Assembly: GCA_964634565.1 (NCBI GenBank)
Contig: CAZWLP010000001.1
Coordinates: forward strand, 29,146 to 93,145
Direction: 5' to 3'
DNA length: 64,000 nucleotides
From: an uncultured Rikenellaceae bacterium
Lineage (GTDB): Bacteria; Bacteroidota; Bacteroidia; Bacteroidales; VadinHA17
Below the pieces are notes generated by a model. It ran no database searches. It worked only from the letters and a program-made list of their open reading frames with translations, and was not told the DNA's origin. Below, one piece after another: positions 19,314 through 30,393 of this stretch (its first letter is position 1; the number at the start of each line of letters is the position of its first letter). The position numbers were made by a program, and so were the translations under genes.

Positions 19314-20087
19314 TTATCTCTTTTTACAAACTATTTGTCCTTCAAACATCAAATTAATCTCCCTGTACTTATTCCATCCCGCCAGTGGGAGTGCCTGGCT
19401 GTATAATTCTTCCAGGTAGCCTAGTTTTTCTTCAAAACTATCAGGACTGCCAATCTTTACTACATGATTTCCTACCCTTGGTATAATATCTATATTCCCA
19501 TTGTCTGCAATCCATATCTGCTCTATCTGTCCGGCCCAGAATTCATTCTCGCTTACAGTAGTTATTATTCCCAGTATTTTTTTTACGATGCTGTCTTCAG
19601 GTAATGACCTTATATTACCCTCTGAAATAGAATTATCAGGTATGGAAATATTGCCGCTAACAACTAATACCCTTGGCGTATATATCTGGCTAAATGGAAT
19701 TATCTCTCCCTCACTGTCTATATAATAACTATTACCGTATGAGGTAATTATCCTTACAAGCGGATTGCGTTGATCTGCTTCTATATGCAACACACCATCA
19801 GCGGTTTTATATACCTCAACTGATTCAAGTTCTCTTATTTCCCTGACTCTCGTTTCAATTTCACCTGAAGAAATATCCTTGATGGGTTTCCCGAGTAAGA
19901 TCTCATTGTCGTTATCTACAAGCTCCCTAATATGCTCAGCCGTAACAAAGCTATAACTGGCTGAATCAATAACCCTGATACTTAAACTTTTGCAATTCTC
20001 ACCGAATACCCTGCTGGAAATAAATGATGGCATAATAATCATATATACCGCAAGGGGAAGCCACCATATTTTACGTATTATCTTCAT
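19314..20087 (-). CDS. ftsQ: Cell division protein FtsQ/DivIB
   Basis: Single N-terminal TM, POTRA-like region, dcw position. Confidence 0.85.
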   Translation of the reverse strand: MKIIRKIWWLPLAVYMIIMPSFISSRVFGENCKSLSIRVIDSASYSFVTAEHIRELVDNDNEILLGKPIKDISSGEIETRVREIRELESVEVYKTADGVLHIEADQRNPLVRIITSYGNSYYIDSEGEIIPFSQIYTPRVLVVSGNISIPDNSISEGNIRSLPEDSIVKKILGIITTVSENEFWAGQIEQIWIADNGNIDIIPRVGNHVVKIGSPDSFEEKLGYLEELYSQALPLAGWNKYREINLMFEGQIVCKKR

Positions 20088-21466
20088 AACAGACCTCCTT
20101 TCAGCATTTCTTCAAGCGGAGAAACAAGGGTGTCAATATCTCCTGCACCAACAGTAAGAAGAATATCGAGCTTCTTGTCTGAAAGAAATTCTACGAGGTT
20201 TTCCTTCTTAATAAGCACCCTGTCCTTACACTTCATCCTGTCAAAAATAATCTGAGAACTCACCCCTTCAATTGGCTCTTCCCTTGCAGGATAGACAGAC
20301 AATAAAACAACCCTGTCGGCAATATCGAGAGATCTCGCAAAGGCATCTGCATGATCGCGGGTACGTGAAAAAAGGTGGGGTTGAAAGACTATTGTAATAT
20401 GCCTGTCTCCATAAAATTCGCGAACCGAATTTATTAAGTAATCCAGCTCCTTCGGATGGTGCGCATAGTCATCAATATAAATAAGCCCATCACTGCTATA
20501 TCTGATATCAAATCTTCTTTTTACACCCTTAAAGTGAATCAGGGCTTTCCTTATCTCATCATCGCTTACACCAATCAGGGATGCAAGTGATATAGCAGCT
20601 ACAGTGTTTTCAAGATTAAGCTTTCCCGGAAGGTTGGATATAAGATCAGTAATTTCTCCCGACGGACTTATAACATTAAAATAATAAGCACCTTTTACAA
20701 TTCTCAGCTTATCGATTCTGAAGTCTGAGCTCTTATCAAGTCCATAGGTATAGACCGGTGTCTTGCCCTGTCCTTTAATCTGATCTCTTATTTTGCTGTT
20801 TACAACAAGAGAACCGCCCTCGCTGATCTTTGATACAAAAATATTATAAGCCTCTACCATATTATCCAGGCTGCCATATATATCAAGATGATCGGCGTCA
20901 AGTGAAGTAATAAGTGCCAGATATGGAGTTAAAAAATGGAAAGACCTGTCGTATTCATCAGCTTCAACAACTGTTATGTCGCCCCGTCCCGTAATAAGAT
21001 TACTATTATAGTTACAGGAAATACCACCCAGAAAAGCAGAACAATCTATGGCTGATTGTTTTAACAGGTGCGCTGTAAGAGTTGAAATACTTGTCTTTCC
21101 ATGTGTTCCTGCTACTGCGATTGCTGTGCTCCTGTCTGTTATTAAGCCAAGAAGTTCGGCTCTTTTAAATACTCTGAAGCCACCGTCGACAAAGTAATTA
21201 TATAAGCTATTATGTTGTGGTATGGCCGGAGTAAAAACAATTATTGTCTTATCCCTGTTATTAAATTTCCCGGGCAGTATATCAGTGCTATCTTCAAACT
21301 GAATTGCACATCCTTCAGCAAGCAGTTGGTCGGTTAACACTGTCCTTGTCCTGTCGTAACCACCAATATCAAATCCGCCTGCAAGGAAGTACCTTGCCAG
21401 GGCACTCATACCAATGCCCCCGACACCGATAAAGAAGATACTATCTATATTTCTGAACTCAATCAT
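20084..21466 (-). CDS. murC: UDP-N-acetylmuramate--L-alanine ligase
   Basis: GVGGIGMSALA, GTHGKT, VVEADEYDRSF, DDYAHHP. Confidence 0.97.
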   Translation of the reverse strand: MIEFRNIDSIFFIGVGGIGMSALARYFLAGGFDIGGYDRTRTVLTDQLLAEGCAIQFEDSTDILPGKFNNRDKTIIVFTPAIPQHNSLYNYFVDGGFRVFKRAELLGLITDRSTAIAVAGTHGKTSISTLTAHLLKQSAIDCSAFLGGISCNYNSNLITGRGDITVVEADEYDRSFHFLTPYLALITSLDADHLDIYGSLDNMVEAYNIFVSKISEGGSLVVNSKIRDQIKGQGKTPVYTYGLDKSSDFRIDKLRIVKGAYYFNVISPSGEITDLISNLPGKLNLENTVAAISLASLIGVSDDEIRKALIHFKGVKRRFDIRYSSDGLIYIDDYAHHPKELDYLINSVREFYGDRHITIVFQPHLFSRTRDHADAFARSLDIADRVVLLSVYPAREEPIEGVSSQIIFDRMKCKDRVLIKKENLVEFLSDKKLDILLTVGAGDIDTLVSPLEEMLKGGLL

Positions 21467-22572
21467 TCTGCCAGTTTAATTATTTCATTGGCAATCCTTT
21501 CGTCCGAATCACCAATTGCAAGCTCAGCTATATTACTGCCAAGTAATTTTCTTTTCTCTTCGTCCTTAATAAGTTCCAATACCATATCAACAAGTTGTTC
21601 TCCTGCATCTTTATCTGATATTGTAATCGCGGCCCCCTTCTCTGAAAGTGCCATAGCATTTTTTGTCTGGTGATCTTCGGCTACATTCGGAGACGGAACC
21701 AGGATAACGGGTCTTGCGCTCAGGCACAATTCAGAAATAGTTCCTGCTCCAGCCCTCGATACAATAATATCGGCTGCACTATAGGCATTCTCCATCCTGT
21801 CAATAAAGTCCAGCACCTTAATATCATTATTAATCCTTCCTACAGATTTTTCTGCCATACTCTTATAATAATACTTCCCTGTTTGCCATATTACCTGACA
21901 TCCTTTTTCAATAAATCTTTCCAGTCCGCTCAAAACTGAATTGTTTATCGTTGCTGAACCCAGCGACCCTCCCAGTATTAATACTACGGGCTTTATATCA
22001 GAGAAGCCAAAATAATCAAGGGCTTCCTTCCTGCCGACAGACATCTCAGAGATATCTTTTCTTACCGGATTACCGGTAAAAATAATCTTAGATGCATCAA
22101 AATATTTATCCATACCCTCATATGCGACGCATATCTTCGACGCCCTTCTGGCAAGCAGTCTGTTGGTAACGCCGGCATAGCTGTTTTGCTCCTGTATCAG
22201 GGTAGGTATTCCCATGGCGCCTGCTCTTCTCAAAAGAGGTCCGCTGGCATATCCTCCCACTCCTACAGCCACATCAGGCTTAAACTCTTTAATGATCATT
22301 GAAGCTTTCATTAAACTTCTAAATACCTTAAACAATACTGCAAAATTCCTTAAACTTATTTTCCTTCTGAGTCCTTCAACAGGTAATCCTATAATTCTAT
22401 AACCGGAAGCAGGAACCTTTTCCATCTCCATCCTTCCTTCAGCACCAACAAAAAGCAAATCAATATCGGGATCTAAGGCCTTTAATGCATTGGCAATAGA
22501 TATAGCCGGGAAAATATGTCCCCCCGTACCACCCCCGCTAATTATTATCCTCTTATGCTGGTGCTCCTTCAT
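21463..22572 (-). CDS. murG: Lipid II N-acetylglucosaminyltransferase
   Basis: GGGTGGHIFP, HEQN-equivalent QEQN, GGSLG, SRAGA, HQTKNA. Confidence 0.97.
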   Translation of the reverse strand: MKEHQHKRIIISGGGTGGHIFPAISIANALKALDPDIDLLFVGAEGRMEMEKVPASGYRIIGLPVEGLRRKISLRNFAVLFKVFRSLMKASMIIKEFKPDVAVGVGGYASGPLLRRAGAMGIPTLIQEQNSYAGVTNRLLARRASKICVAYEGMDKYFDASKIIFTGNPVRKDISEMSVGRKEALDYFGFSDIKPVVLILGGSLGSATINNSVLSGLERFIEKGCQVIWQTGKYYYKSMAEKSVGRINNDIKVLDFIDRMENAYSAADIIVSRAGAGTISELCLSARPVILVPSPNVAEDHQTKNAMALSEKGAAITISDKDAGEQLVDMVLELIKDEEKRKLLGSNIAELAIGDSDERIANEIIKLAE

Positions 22573-23764
22573 ATATTACTCCATCTTCTTCATTTTCAAC
22601 ATACTCATCATCAAGTTCTTCATTATTTACCCGGGCATTTACAACCCTGCTTACACCAAGTATTGCTCCCAGGGAAAAGCTTGTTACAAGCATTGAAGTT
22701 CTTCCCCAGCTTATCATAGGCAGAGTCTGCCCGGTAACAGGGAATAGACCCACTGCCACGGCCATATTCAGTATAGCCTGAACCACAATCATTATAGTCA
22801 GGCCCATCACAAGAAAGGCAGGAAAGGCTGTTTCACACTTTTTTGCAATTGCAATCGCTCTGAACAGCAGAATCAGGTACACAAATATTATTGGTACAGC
22901 CCCGAAGAATAATCCATATTCTTCAATTATTATTGCAAAAATAAAGTCTGAATTTGATTGTGGTAACATATTACGCTGCACACTATTACCAGGGGCCTTA
23001 CCTATCAGCCCTCCCGAGGCTATTGCGATTTTCGCCTGATTTGACTGGTAATCCCCATCAGCATCTTCCTCTCCTGATATAAAATTCTCAATCCTGTCTT
23101 TCCACACCGAGACTCTGTTAGCCTCAGTAGCCATATCCAGAAGCAGGGCAATTAAAATAACTCCCACTACTGCCATCCCCAACCATGCCGCTAAATATTT
23201 TAAGGGTACCCTGCCAATAAACAGAATTAACATACAGATTCCAAAAATAAGCAATGCCGTAGACAGGTTTTCCGGTAGTATCAGCGCACAGACTATTGCT
23301 ATCGGGACAATAAATACTCGTGTTAATAACTTAAAATCGTTTAATTCATGCTGATGCCTTGATAGTAAGCGAGCCATATAGATCACCAGCGAAACTTTTG
23401 CAATATCAGATGTCTGTATCCTGAAGCCTGTTCCCGGAATAGTTATCCACCTTGCAGCTTCATTAATCCTGACCCCGAAAATCAGGGTAAGAATTAATAG
23501 TATTATCGATACAAGCACGAAGAATCCTGCCAGTGATGAATAGATCCTATAGGGTAACTGATGCGTTACAACTATAATAAATAAACAGAAAACAAGCATT
23601 ACCCCCTGTGATTTCAGAAAGAAGGTAGTATTGCCATCATACCTCGAAAATGCTACACTCACGGAAGAGCTGTATACTGCAAGCAGTGAGTAAATCATAA
23701 AGACTACTATAAGCCCCCAGATAACTCTGTCTCCTTTGAATATGCTTCCGAATGTTGACTTCAT
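22553..23764 (-). CDS. ftsW: SEDS peptidoglycan polymerase FtsW
   Basis: ARWI, IQTSDIAK, YQ..Q, SDFIF, GQTLPMISWG; dcw position. Confidence 0.93.
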   Translation of the reverse strand: MKSTFGSIFKGDRVIWGLIVVFMIYSLLAVYSSSVSVAFSRYDGNTTFFLKSQGVMLVFCLFIIVVTHQLPYRIYSSLAGFFVLVSIILLILTLIFGVRINEAARWITIPGTGFRIQTSDIAKVSLVIYMARLLSRHQHELNDFKLLTRVFIVPIAIVCALILPENLSTALLIFGICMLILFIGRVPLKYLAAWLGMAVVGVILIALLLDMATEANRVSVWKDRIENFISGEEDADGDYQSNQAKIAIASGGLIGKAPGNSVQRNMLPQSNSDFIFAIIIEEYGLFFGAVPIIFVYLILLFRAIAIAKKCETAFPAFLVMGLTIMIVVQAILNMAVAVGLFPVTGQTLPMISWGRTSMLVTSFSLGAILGVSRVVNARVNNEELDDEYVENEEDGVIYEGAPA

Positions 23765-23776
23765 CTTCTTAACTTG

Positions 23777-25117
23777 TTATAAATTTCTTACAGCCTCCTT
23801 AAACTGTCTCCCCCTGTCTTCGTAGCTCTTAAACAGATCAAAACTGGCACATGCTGGCGATAATATTACAGTATCTCCGGTAGCTGCCAGGTAGTAAGAC
23901 GACTTCACTGCTTCTGCCATTGAATCAGTCTCAACAATTGTCGAAACAATGCTGTCAAAAGCCCCGACAATTTTATCATTATTCTTACCCAGGCATACAA
24001 TGGCTTTTACCTTCTTCCGGACAAGATCAGTCAATTCTGAATAATCATTTCCCTTATCCACACCTCCGGCTATCCATACAACATTATCAGGCATACACTC
24101 AAGGGCATACCACGTTGAATTAACGTTTGTAGCCTTGGAGTCATTAATAAACCTGATCCCATGAACCGATAATATGGTCTCCAGACGATGTTCCACTCCC
24201 TGGAAATCAGAAAGACACTCACGAATAAGCTCCTTCCTTATATTAACTATTTTACCCGCTATTGATGCCGCCATAGAATTGTAAGTATTATGACGACCTT
24301 TTAATGCAAAATCGTGGATTGACATAATCTGTTCACTTTTATTGTGGATATTGAGGAAAAGGATTTCTTCTTCTATAAATGCTGTCATTCCTTCCATTGA
24401 AGTATCAGAGAAAGGCATCAGGCGTGCCAGAGGCTTCCTGCTTTTTATTTCATCTTTAAGGATAGGATCATCGGCCCAGTAAATAAGATAATCAGATGGT
24501 GTCTGGTTATTTATTATTCTGAATTTTGAATCTATATAGTTTGAAAATTCATAATTATATCTGTCGAGGTGGTCAGGTGTTATGTTCATAATAATTGCTA
24601 CATCAGCCTTAAAACTATACATCCCATCCAGCTGGAAGCTGCTTAACTCAATTATATAATAATCGTGACTCTGTGTTGCTACCTGAAAAGCATAACTATG
24701 TCCGACATTACCGGCCAGACCAACTTTCAGACCTGCCCTTTTAAAGATTTCATATATAAGAGTTGTCGTGGTTGTTTTGCCATTGCTGCCTGTAACGCAA
24801 ATCTTAAAAGCCTCACAATACCTGCCTGCGAACTCAATCTCAGAAATTATTTCAATACCACTCTGCCGTGCTTCCATGATTAATGGTGCACTATCGGGAA
24901 TGCCCGGACTCTTAATAATTATATCAGCGTTCAATATCAAAGCTCTGCTGTGACCCTCCTGTTCGTAGCTGATATTATATTGCCCTAGCATAGAAAGGTA
25001 TTTATCTTTAATGGGGCCACTATCGGATACAAATACATTATAGCCCTTTGTGTTAGCCAGAATTGCTGACCCACAACCGCTTTCTCCTGCTCCCAATATG
25101 ACCGCTCTTTTACTCAC
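23777..25117 (-). CDS. murD: UDP-N-acetylmuramoyl-L-alanine--D-glutamate ligase
   Basis: GSNGKTT, ELSSFQL, NITPDHLDR, NDSKATN, SPACASFD; GTG start. Confidence 0.97.
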   Translation of the reverse strand: MSKRAVILGAGESGCGSAILANTKGYNVFVSDSGPIKDKYLSMLGQYNISYEQEGHSRALILNADIIIKSPGIPDSAPLIMEARQSGIEIISEIEFAGRYCEAFKICVTGSNGKTTTTTLIYEIFKRAGLKVGLAGNVGHSYAFQVATQSHDYYIIELSSFQLDGMYSFKADVAIIMNITPDHLDRYNYEFSNYIDSKFRIINNQTPSDYLIYWADDPILKDEIKSRKPLARLMPFSDTSMEGMTAFIEEEILFLNIHNKSEQIMSIHDFALKGRHNTYNSMAASIAGKIVNIRKELIRECLSDFQGVEHRLETILSVHGIRFINDSKATNVNSTWYALECMPDNVVWIAGGVDKGNDYSELTDLVRKKVKAIVCLGKNNDKIVGAFDSIVSTIVETDSMAEAVKSSYYLAATGDTVILSPACASFDLFKSYEDRGRQFKEAVRNL

Positions 25118-25130
25118 TTTGCTATACCTT

Positions 25131-25172
25131 ACTTTTTACTTTTTACTTTTTACTTTTTACTTTTTACTTTTT
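25131..25172. repeat. Perfect heptamer tandem repeat (ACTTTTT)x6 between mraY and murD
   Basis: Six exact copies counted, followed by CCTGTTT and CCTATTT. Confidence 0.95.
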
Positions 25173-25197
25173 CCTGTTTCCTATTTCCTCTCTCAAC

Positions 25198-26451
25198 CTA
25201 TCTTATCTTCAGTGTTACAACACTAAGTACTGCCAGAAGAATCGCCACTATCCAGAACCTGGTTACAATCTTAGGCTCCGGGAATCCTTTTTTCTGGTAA
25301 TGATGGTGGAGAGGAGCCATAAGAAATATTCTTCGGCCTTTACCAAATTTTCTTTTAGTCCTTTTAAACCATGCTACCTGGATCAATACCGAAAGGCTTT
25401 CGGCAAAGAACACCCCACAAAGGATCGGAATAAGCAATTCCTTTCGGATGATTATGGCAAATACAGCGATAATGCCTCCTATTGCCAGGCTTCCTGTATC
25501 TCCCATAAAAACCTGGGCCGGGTATGAATTATACCATAAAAAGCCAATGGCCGCACCAATAAATGCTCCGGCAAATATCATTAACTCGCCTGTGTAGGGG
25601 ATATACATAATATTCAGGTAACTTGAATAGATAATATTACCCGAGACATAGGCCAGGATACCAAGGGTTACAACCATTATAGCAGATGTACCTGTTGCCA
25701 GTCCATCAAGGCCGTCAGTCAGATTTGCACCATTGGAGACAGCCACCACAATGAATATTACCATAATCACAAAAACCAACCATCCCCATGGCTGTCGCTT
25801 ATCTTTGCTTACAAAGGGTACCAGCCAGGAGTAGTCAAACTCATTATCCTTAATAAAGGGAATGGTTGTCTTGGTTCCCTTTATATCCTCTGATGTATAT
25901 TCTATTACATCATTCTGGATTGGAGACCGCATAATCTGATTTAGTTCGGTATTTTCACCTTCTTCAAAAGAAATCTCCCTTATAACAACATCATCACTTA
26001 TATACAGAGTAATCCCAACCACCAGACCGAGGACCAGCTGACCGAGTATCTTAAACCTGCCTGCCAGACCTTCCTTATTCTTCCTGAATATCTTAATATA
26101 ATCGTCAACAAAGCCAATAAATCCAAGCCATATTGTCGTAATAATCATTAATATAACATAGATATTATCGAGGCGGGCAAACAGAAGTGTAGGAATCAGA
26201 ATTGACAAAATAATTATTATCCCGCCCATCGATGGAGTTCCTTCCTTGCGGTACTGACCCTCTAAATCCAGATCGCGAACCACTTCACCCACCTGCTTTA
26301 TCTGGAGATATCTTATTATCTTTTTCCCGAACAAGAGTGATATCAGCAGAGAAGTAATTATCGCAGAAGCTGTTCTGAACGAGATATATTCAAACAATCC
26401 TGCGCCAGGTACATTTAATTCTTCCAGGTATTTGAACAGATAGTATAACAT
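25198..26451 (-). CDS. mraY: Phospho-N-acetylmuramoyl-pentapeptide transferase
   Basis: [37 protein letters not shown]. Confidence 0.97.
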   Translation of the reverse strand: MLYYLFKYLEELNVPGAGLFEYISFRTASAIITSLLISLLFGKKIIRYLQIKQVGEVVRDLDLEGQYRKEGTPSMGGIIIILSILIPTLLFARLDNIYVILMIITTIWLGFIGFVDDYIKIFRKNKEGLAGRFKILGQLVLGLVVGITLYISDDVVIREISFEEGENTELNQIMRSPIQNDVIEYTSEDIKGTKTTIPFIKDNEFDYSWLVPFVSKDKRQPWGWLVFVIMVIFIVVAVSNGANLTDGLDGLATGTSAIMVVTLGILAYVSGNIIYSSYLNIMYIPYTGELMIFAGAFIGAAIGFLWYNSYPAQVFMGDTGSLAIGGIIAVFAIIIRKELLIPILCGVFFAESLSVLIQVAWFKRTKRKFGKGRRIFLMAPLHHHYQKKGFPEPKIVTRFWIVAILLAVLSVVTLKIR

Positions 26452-26472
26452 TCGGCTTTATTGCTTTTGTAT

Positions 26473-27927
26473 TTATAGTTCAAGAATTTTCTTAATCTCT
26501 TCACGGTCATCAAAATGACTTTTTTCTCCTTTTACTTCCTGGTATGTCTCATGCCCCTTACCTGCTACCAGAACAATATCTTTATCCTCTGCCAGCATCA
26601 GAGCCGTTTTAATTGCCTCTCTTCGATCGCTGACCCTGAGAACTCTTTTTAATGCATCTGCCGGCACACCACTTATTATATCATCGATAATTTTTTCCGG
26701 ATCTTCACTGCGCGGATTATCAGAAGTAAAAACCACCCTGGTGCTTCCTGCTGAAGCTATCTTACCCATTACAGGTCTCTTTGATTTATCCCTGTCTCCC
26801 CCGGCTCCCACAACCGTTATAAGAGACATCCCTTCGATCTTAATCCGGTTAAGCGCATTCAGTACATTTTCAAGTGCATCGGGAGTATGAGCATAATCTA
26901 CAATTGCGGTTAGTCCTTCTGAAGATCTTATTACCTCCAGCCTGCCTTCTACAGGATCCATACTACTTATGGCAACCAGAACTTCAGTTTTATCTGCGCC
27001 CATCTCCACAGCTGCTGAATAAACGGCGAGCAGGTTATAAGCATTAAAGTCTCCAATAAACTTTGTTGATATCTCACTGTTATCAATCTTCAGAAGCATC
27101 CCTTCAAATCTTTCCTCAAGGATCCTGCACCTGTAGTTTGCATCTCTCCTTAAAGCATAGCTCCTTTTTCTCGCACAACAGTTCTGCAGCATAACTTCAC
27201 TCCTCCTGTCATCCAGATTTACCAGGGCAAAAGACAAGGGTGGTAATTCGTCAAAGAATCTTTTTTTCGCGGTGATATAATTATCAAAATTCAGATGGTA
27301 ATCAAGATGATCATGAGTCAGGTTCGTAAACAATCCGCCTTCAAATACCAATCCGTCTGTTCTATGCTGATCGAGGGCTATTGAACTAACCTCCATAAAA
27401 GCATATTCACAACCTTCATCTACCATACTACATAAAAGGCTGTTCAGTTGAACCGGGTCGGGAGTAGTATGCGTTGCATCAAGCTGCTTTCTGAAGATCT
27501 TATTTCCTATTGTTGAAATCAGACCGGCTTTATATCCGAGAGAGATAAATAATTCATACAGGAGGCTTGCAATAGTTGTTTTCCCGTTTGTGCCTGTAAC
27601 ACCTACAAGCCTTAGTTTCCGGGAAGGATTATCGTAGAAATTTGCAGCCAGGTAAGAAAGTGCCTTTGCCGAATTTTCTGTTAATATCCAACATATATCG
27701 TCGTTAATATTATCAGGTAATTCTTCACAGACAATTACTCTTGCTCCCGATTCTATTGCCCGGTCAATGTAGATATGACCGTCTGTTTGAGTTCCCTTTA
27801 CTGCGACGAAGAGGCTATGTTCAGACACATTTCTTGAATCAAAACAGATACTGCCAATAGAGATATTGACATCTCCGATTATCCGGGAAGTCTCAATATC
27901 ACTCAATATGTGGCTTAGCACAACCAT
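26473..27927 (-). CDS. murE: UDP-N-acetylmuramoyl-dipeptide--diaminopimelate ligase
   Basis: GTNGKTT, HTTPD, MEVSS, DYAHTPD, DNPR (meso-DAP specificity motif). Confidence 0.97.
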   Translation of the reverse strand: MVVLSHILSDIETSRIIGDVNISIGSICFDSRNVSEHSLFVAVKGTQTDGHIYIDRAIESGARVIVCEELPDNINDDICWILTENSAKALSYLAANFYDNPSRKLRLVGVTGTNGKTTIASLLYELFISLGYKAGLISTIGNKIFRKQLDATHTTPDPVQLNSLLCSMVDEGCEYAFMEVSSIALDQHRTDGLVFEGGLFTNLTHDHLDYHLNFDNYITAKKRFFDELPPLSFALVNLDDRRSEVMLQNCCARKRSYALRRDANYRCRILEERFEGMLLKIDNSEISTKFIGDFNAYNLLAVYSAAVEMGADKTEVLVAISSMDPVEGRLEVIRSSEGLTAIVDYAHTPDALENVLNALNRIKIEGMSLITVVGAGGDRDKSKRPVMGKIASAGSTRVVFTSDNPRSEDPEKIIDDIISGVPADALKRVLRVSDRREAIKTALMLAEDKDIVLVAGKGHETYQEVKGEKSHFDDREEIKKILEL

Positions 27928-30032
27928 CAGCTCCTTAATTCAAGTTCAATTACATCTCCCCGATTTATCCTGGTTCCCGGCATAACAGACTGCCTTACCA
28001 CCCTTCCTTTACCAGTAATCTTTACCTTCAGACCTGCATTTTCAAGAAGAAATAAGGCATCCCTTAGTCCCATTCCTGTTGCATCGGGCACCAGGTTTTC
28101 GATCACTGTATGTTCCCTTATCAAAATAGTATCTGATCGTCGTACAGGATTCAGCCATTTCGCATCGGGTCTTACGGCTATCCCGTTAATCCCAAGATGG
28201 GCCAGCACCCTGTATGTGTCGGGTGCATATCCTTTCAGAATAAATGGATACTCTTTTTGTGAAGGTTCTTCAATCTGTTTATAAAAACTGGTAGCATAAA
28301 CCTTATCGGCTATCTCCTTAAATACTGGTCCGGCAACCAGGTTTCCATAATAAATAGAATTTGTGGGGGCGTTAATAACCACTATACATGAATAAACAGG
28401 ATTGTCAGCCGGAAAATATCCTACAAATGATGCCTGGTATGATACTTTTCCATCCTGTTTATACCCATATTTATCGTTTGCTATCTGGGCTGTTCCTGTT
28501 TTACCTGCTATACTGTAGGTATCATTTCTAAGGTTTGTTGCAGTTCCTTCTGTAACAACTCCCTCCAGAAGCTCTTTAACCATCTTTATTGTTGATCTTG
28601 AACAAATTGATGATCTCATAACCTCAGGTTCGAAGGCTTCAATCAATTCACCATGGTAGCGAATCTCCTTCACTATCCTGGGCCTCATCATCTTACCATC
28701 ATTAGCAACAGCATTATAAAATGTAAGTATCTGTAGAGGAGTCATCTGTACCTCGTAGCCATGCGACATCATCGGAAGTGAAATTCCTGACCAGTATTTA
28801 TCACCTGGGTACCTTATAAGAGGAGATCCTTCTCCTCTTATTTCAATTCCAACCTTTTCATTAAGGCCCATCCTGTAAAGTCGGTCAACGAAATCACCCG
28901 GGTGATCCTTATAGTTTTCATTAATTATTTTAGCCGTGCCAACATTAGAGGATTTCTCAAAAACCTCCCTTGCTGTTATTGTTCCATAGCCTCCCCTATG
29001 ACTGTCGCGTATTACCTTATCGTAATATTTTACCTCACCATTGCCTGTGTCGATTGAATCATCAAGGCTTATAACGCCATCTTCAAGTGCAACCATAAAC
29101 GAAGCCAGCTTAAATGTTGAACCCGGCTCCGTGCTCTCGCCTATAGCATAATTATATGATTCATAATAATTACCGTTATCTCCGACCTTAAGATTGGCAA
29201 TCGCTTTAATATCTCCTGTATTTACCTCCATCAGGATTGCCGTGCCATGATGGGCCCCATGCTGATTTAGTTGAGTATACAGGGCACTTTCTGCAACATC
29301 CTGAAGATCTATATCAATGGTTGTAAGTATATCATTGCCATCGCGGGGCTCAACTGAGTTATCATCATTTACAGGCATCCATGCTCCTCCTGTCAGACGC
29401 TGCTTAAGCACGCTTCCGTTGGTTCCGGTAAGATCACGGTCGAAAGCACCTTCCAATCCTACAACGTTTCCGGCGGCCCCCTTTGTAAGGGATCCTATGG
29501 TTCTGCTTGCAAGAATCATATTGGGAAGAATACGCCTGTTATCCAGCTCGGCAATCAGGCCACCCTTATACCTGCCTTCCCTGAATATTGGCAAAGACCT
29601 GAGCTCCTTTAATTCTCCATGACTTACCTTTCTTTTAATCAGGTAGTATCTATCGCCTTTAAGCCTTGCCTGGGTCAGATCATTTTTCCAGGAATTAGCA
29701 GATTTTAAACCAACTGTTTTCGATAAGCCCTCTGCCAATCCGTCAATTCCCCCGGCCCATACCTTTGTATCCATACCGCTGGACCTGGTATCCATATAAA
29801 TATTATAGTATGGCACTGAACTAGCAAGTACCCTTCCGTCTTCCGCTAATATATCGCCTCTGTTTGCCGGCACATCATCAGTCTTATAGATATAGCCCTC
29901 TCCCATCTCAGTCCACTTATCACCCTCAACAAATTGTATATAAACCACCCTGCCAAGGATAGCCAGAGCTATTACGATAATCATTATATAGATTATCCCG
30001 CTTCTCCATACTATTTCATCCCTTAATGCCAT
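27927..30032 (-). CDS. ftsI: Division transpeptidase FtsI/PBP3 with C-terminal PASTA domain
   Basis: EPGSTFK (SxxK), SSN (SxN), KTGT; PASTA VPDATGM. Confidence 0.93.
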   Translation of the reverse strand: MALRDEIVWRSGIIYIMIIVIALAILGRVVYIQFVEGDKWTEMGEGYIYKTDDVPANRGDILAEDGRVLASSVPYYNIYMDTRSSGMDTKVWAGGIDGLAEGLSKTVGLKSANSWKNDLTQARLKGDRYYLIKRKVSHGELKELRSLPIFREGRYKGGLIAELDNRRILPNMILASRTIGSLTKGAAGNVVGLEGAFDRDLTGTNGSVLKQRLTGGAWMPVNDDNSVEPRDGNDILTTIDIDLQDVAESALYTQLNQHGAHHGTAILMEVNTGDIKAIANLKVGDNGNYYESYNYAIGESTEPGSTFKLASFMVALEDGVISLDDSIDTGNGEVKYYDKVIRDSHRGGYGTITAREVFEKSSNVGTAKIINENYKDHPGDFVDRLYRMGLNEKVGIEIRGEGSPLIRYPGDKYWSGISLPMMSHGYEVQMTPLQILTFYNAVANDGKMMRPRIVKEIRYHGELIEAFEPEVMRSSICSRSTIKMVKELLEGVVTEGTATNLRNDTYSIAGKTGTAQIANDKYGYKQDGKVSYQASFVGYFPADNPVYSCIVVINAPTNSIYYGNLVAGPVFKEIADKVYATSFYKQIEEPSQKEYPFILKGYAPDTYRVLAHLGINGIAVRPDAKWLNPVRRSDTILIREHTVIENLVPDATGMGLRDALFLLENAGLKVKITGKGRVVRQSVMPGTRINRGDVIELELRS

Positions 30033-30392
30033 TTAATCCTTTACAATCAGTTTATATGGTGGTTCCTTCAGTTCTTTCAGTCCCAGATTTCTTTCATTTA
30101 CCATTCTGACAACCTCAGATTGCTTGCTCAGAAACATTAATTCAGCTGATGTCGCCAATGCCTCTGATCTTAATTCTTTTACTTCGCGTTGCAGCTGACT
30201 GCTTAAGCGAATTGTCTTTTCAGCATGGAACTTGTTAGCGATATAAATAGCGCCAAGAAATGTAAGCAGAGTAAGAAGTCCCAGATTCTTAAGCACCAGT
30301 CTCTCGCTTAACAGCGATCCGCTTATCAGGGTCTTTAGAAATCCGTCCTTCCTTTTATTCTCTTTATTTGTGCTATTTATATTATCTTCCAT
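30033..30392 (-). CDS. ftsL: FtsL-like cell division protein
   Basis: One TM helix plus coiled coil, between rsmH and ftsI. Confidence 0.85.
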   Translation of the reverse strand: MEDNINSTNKENKRKDGFLKTLISGSLLSERLVLKNLGLLTLLTFLGAIYIANKFHAEKTIRLSSQLQREVKELRSEALATSAELMFLSKQSEVVRMVNERNLGLKELKEPPYKLIVKD

Positions 30393-30393
30393 C

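Noticed and set aside
26451-26473. murF (and ddl) absent from the dcw cluster
   Set aside because: This is the usual Bacteroidota arrangement; these genes normally lie elsewhere.
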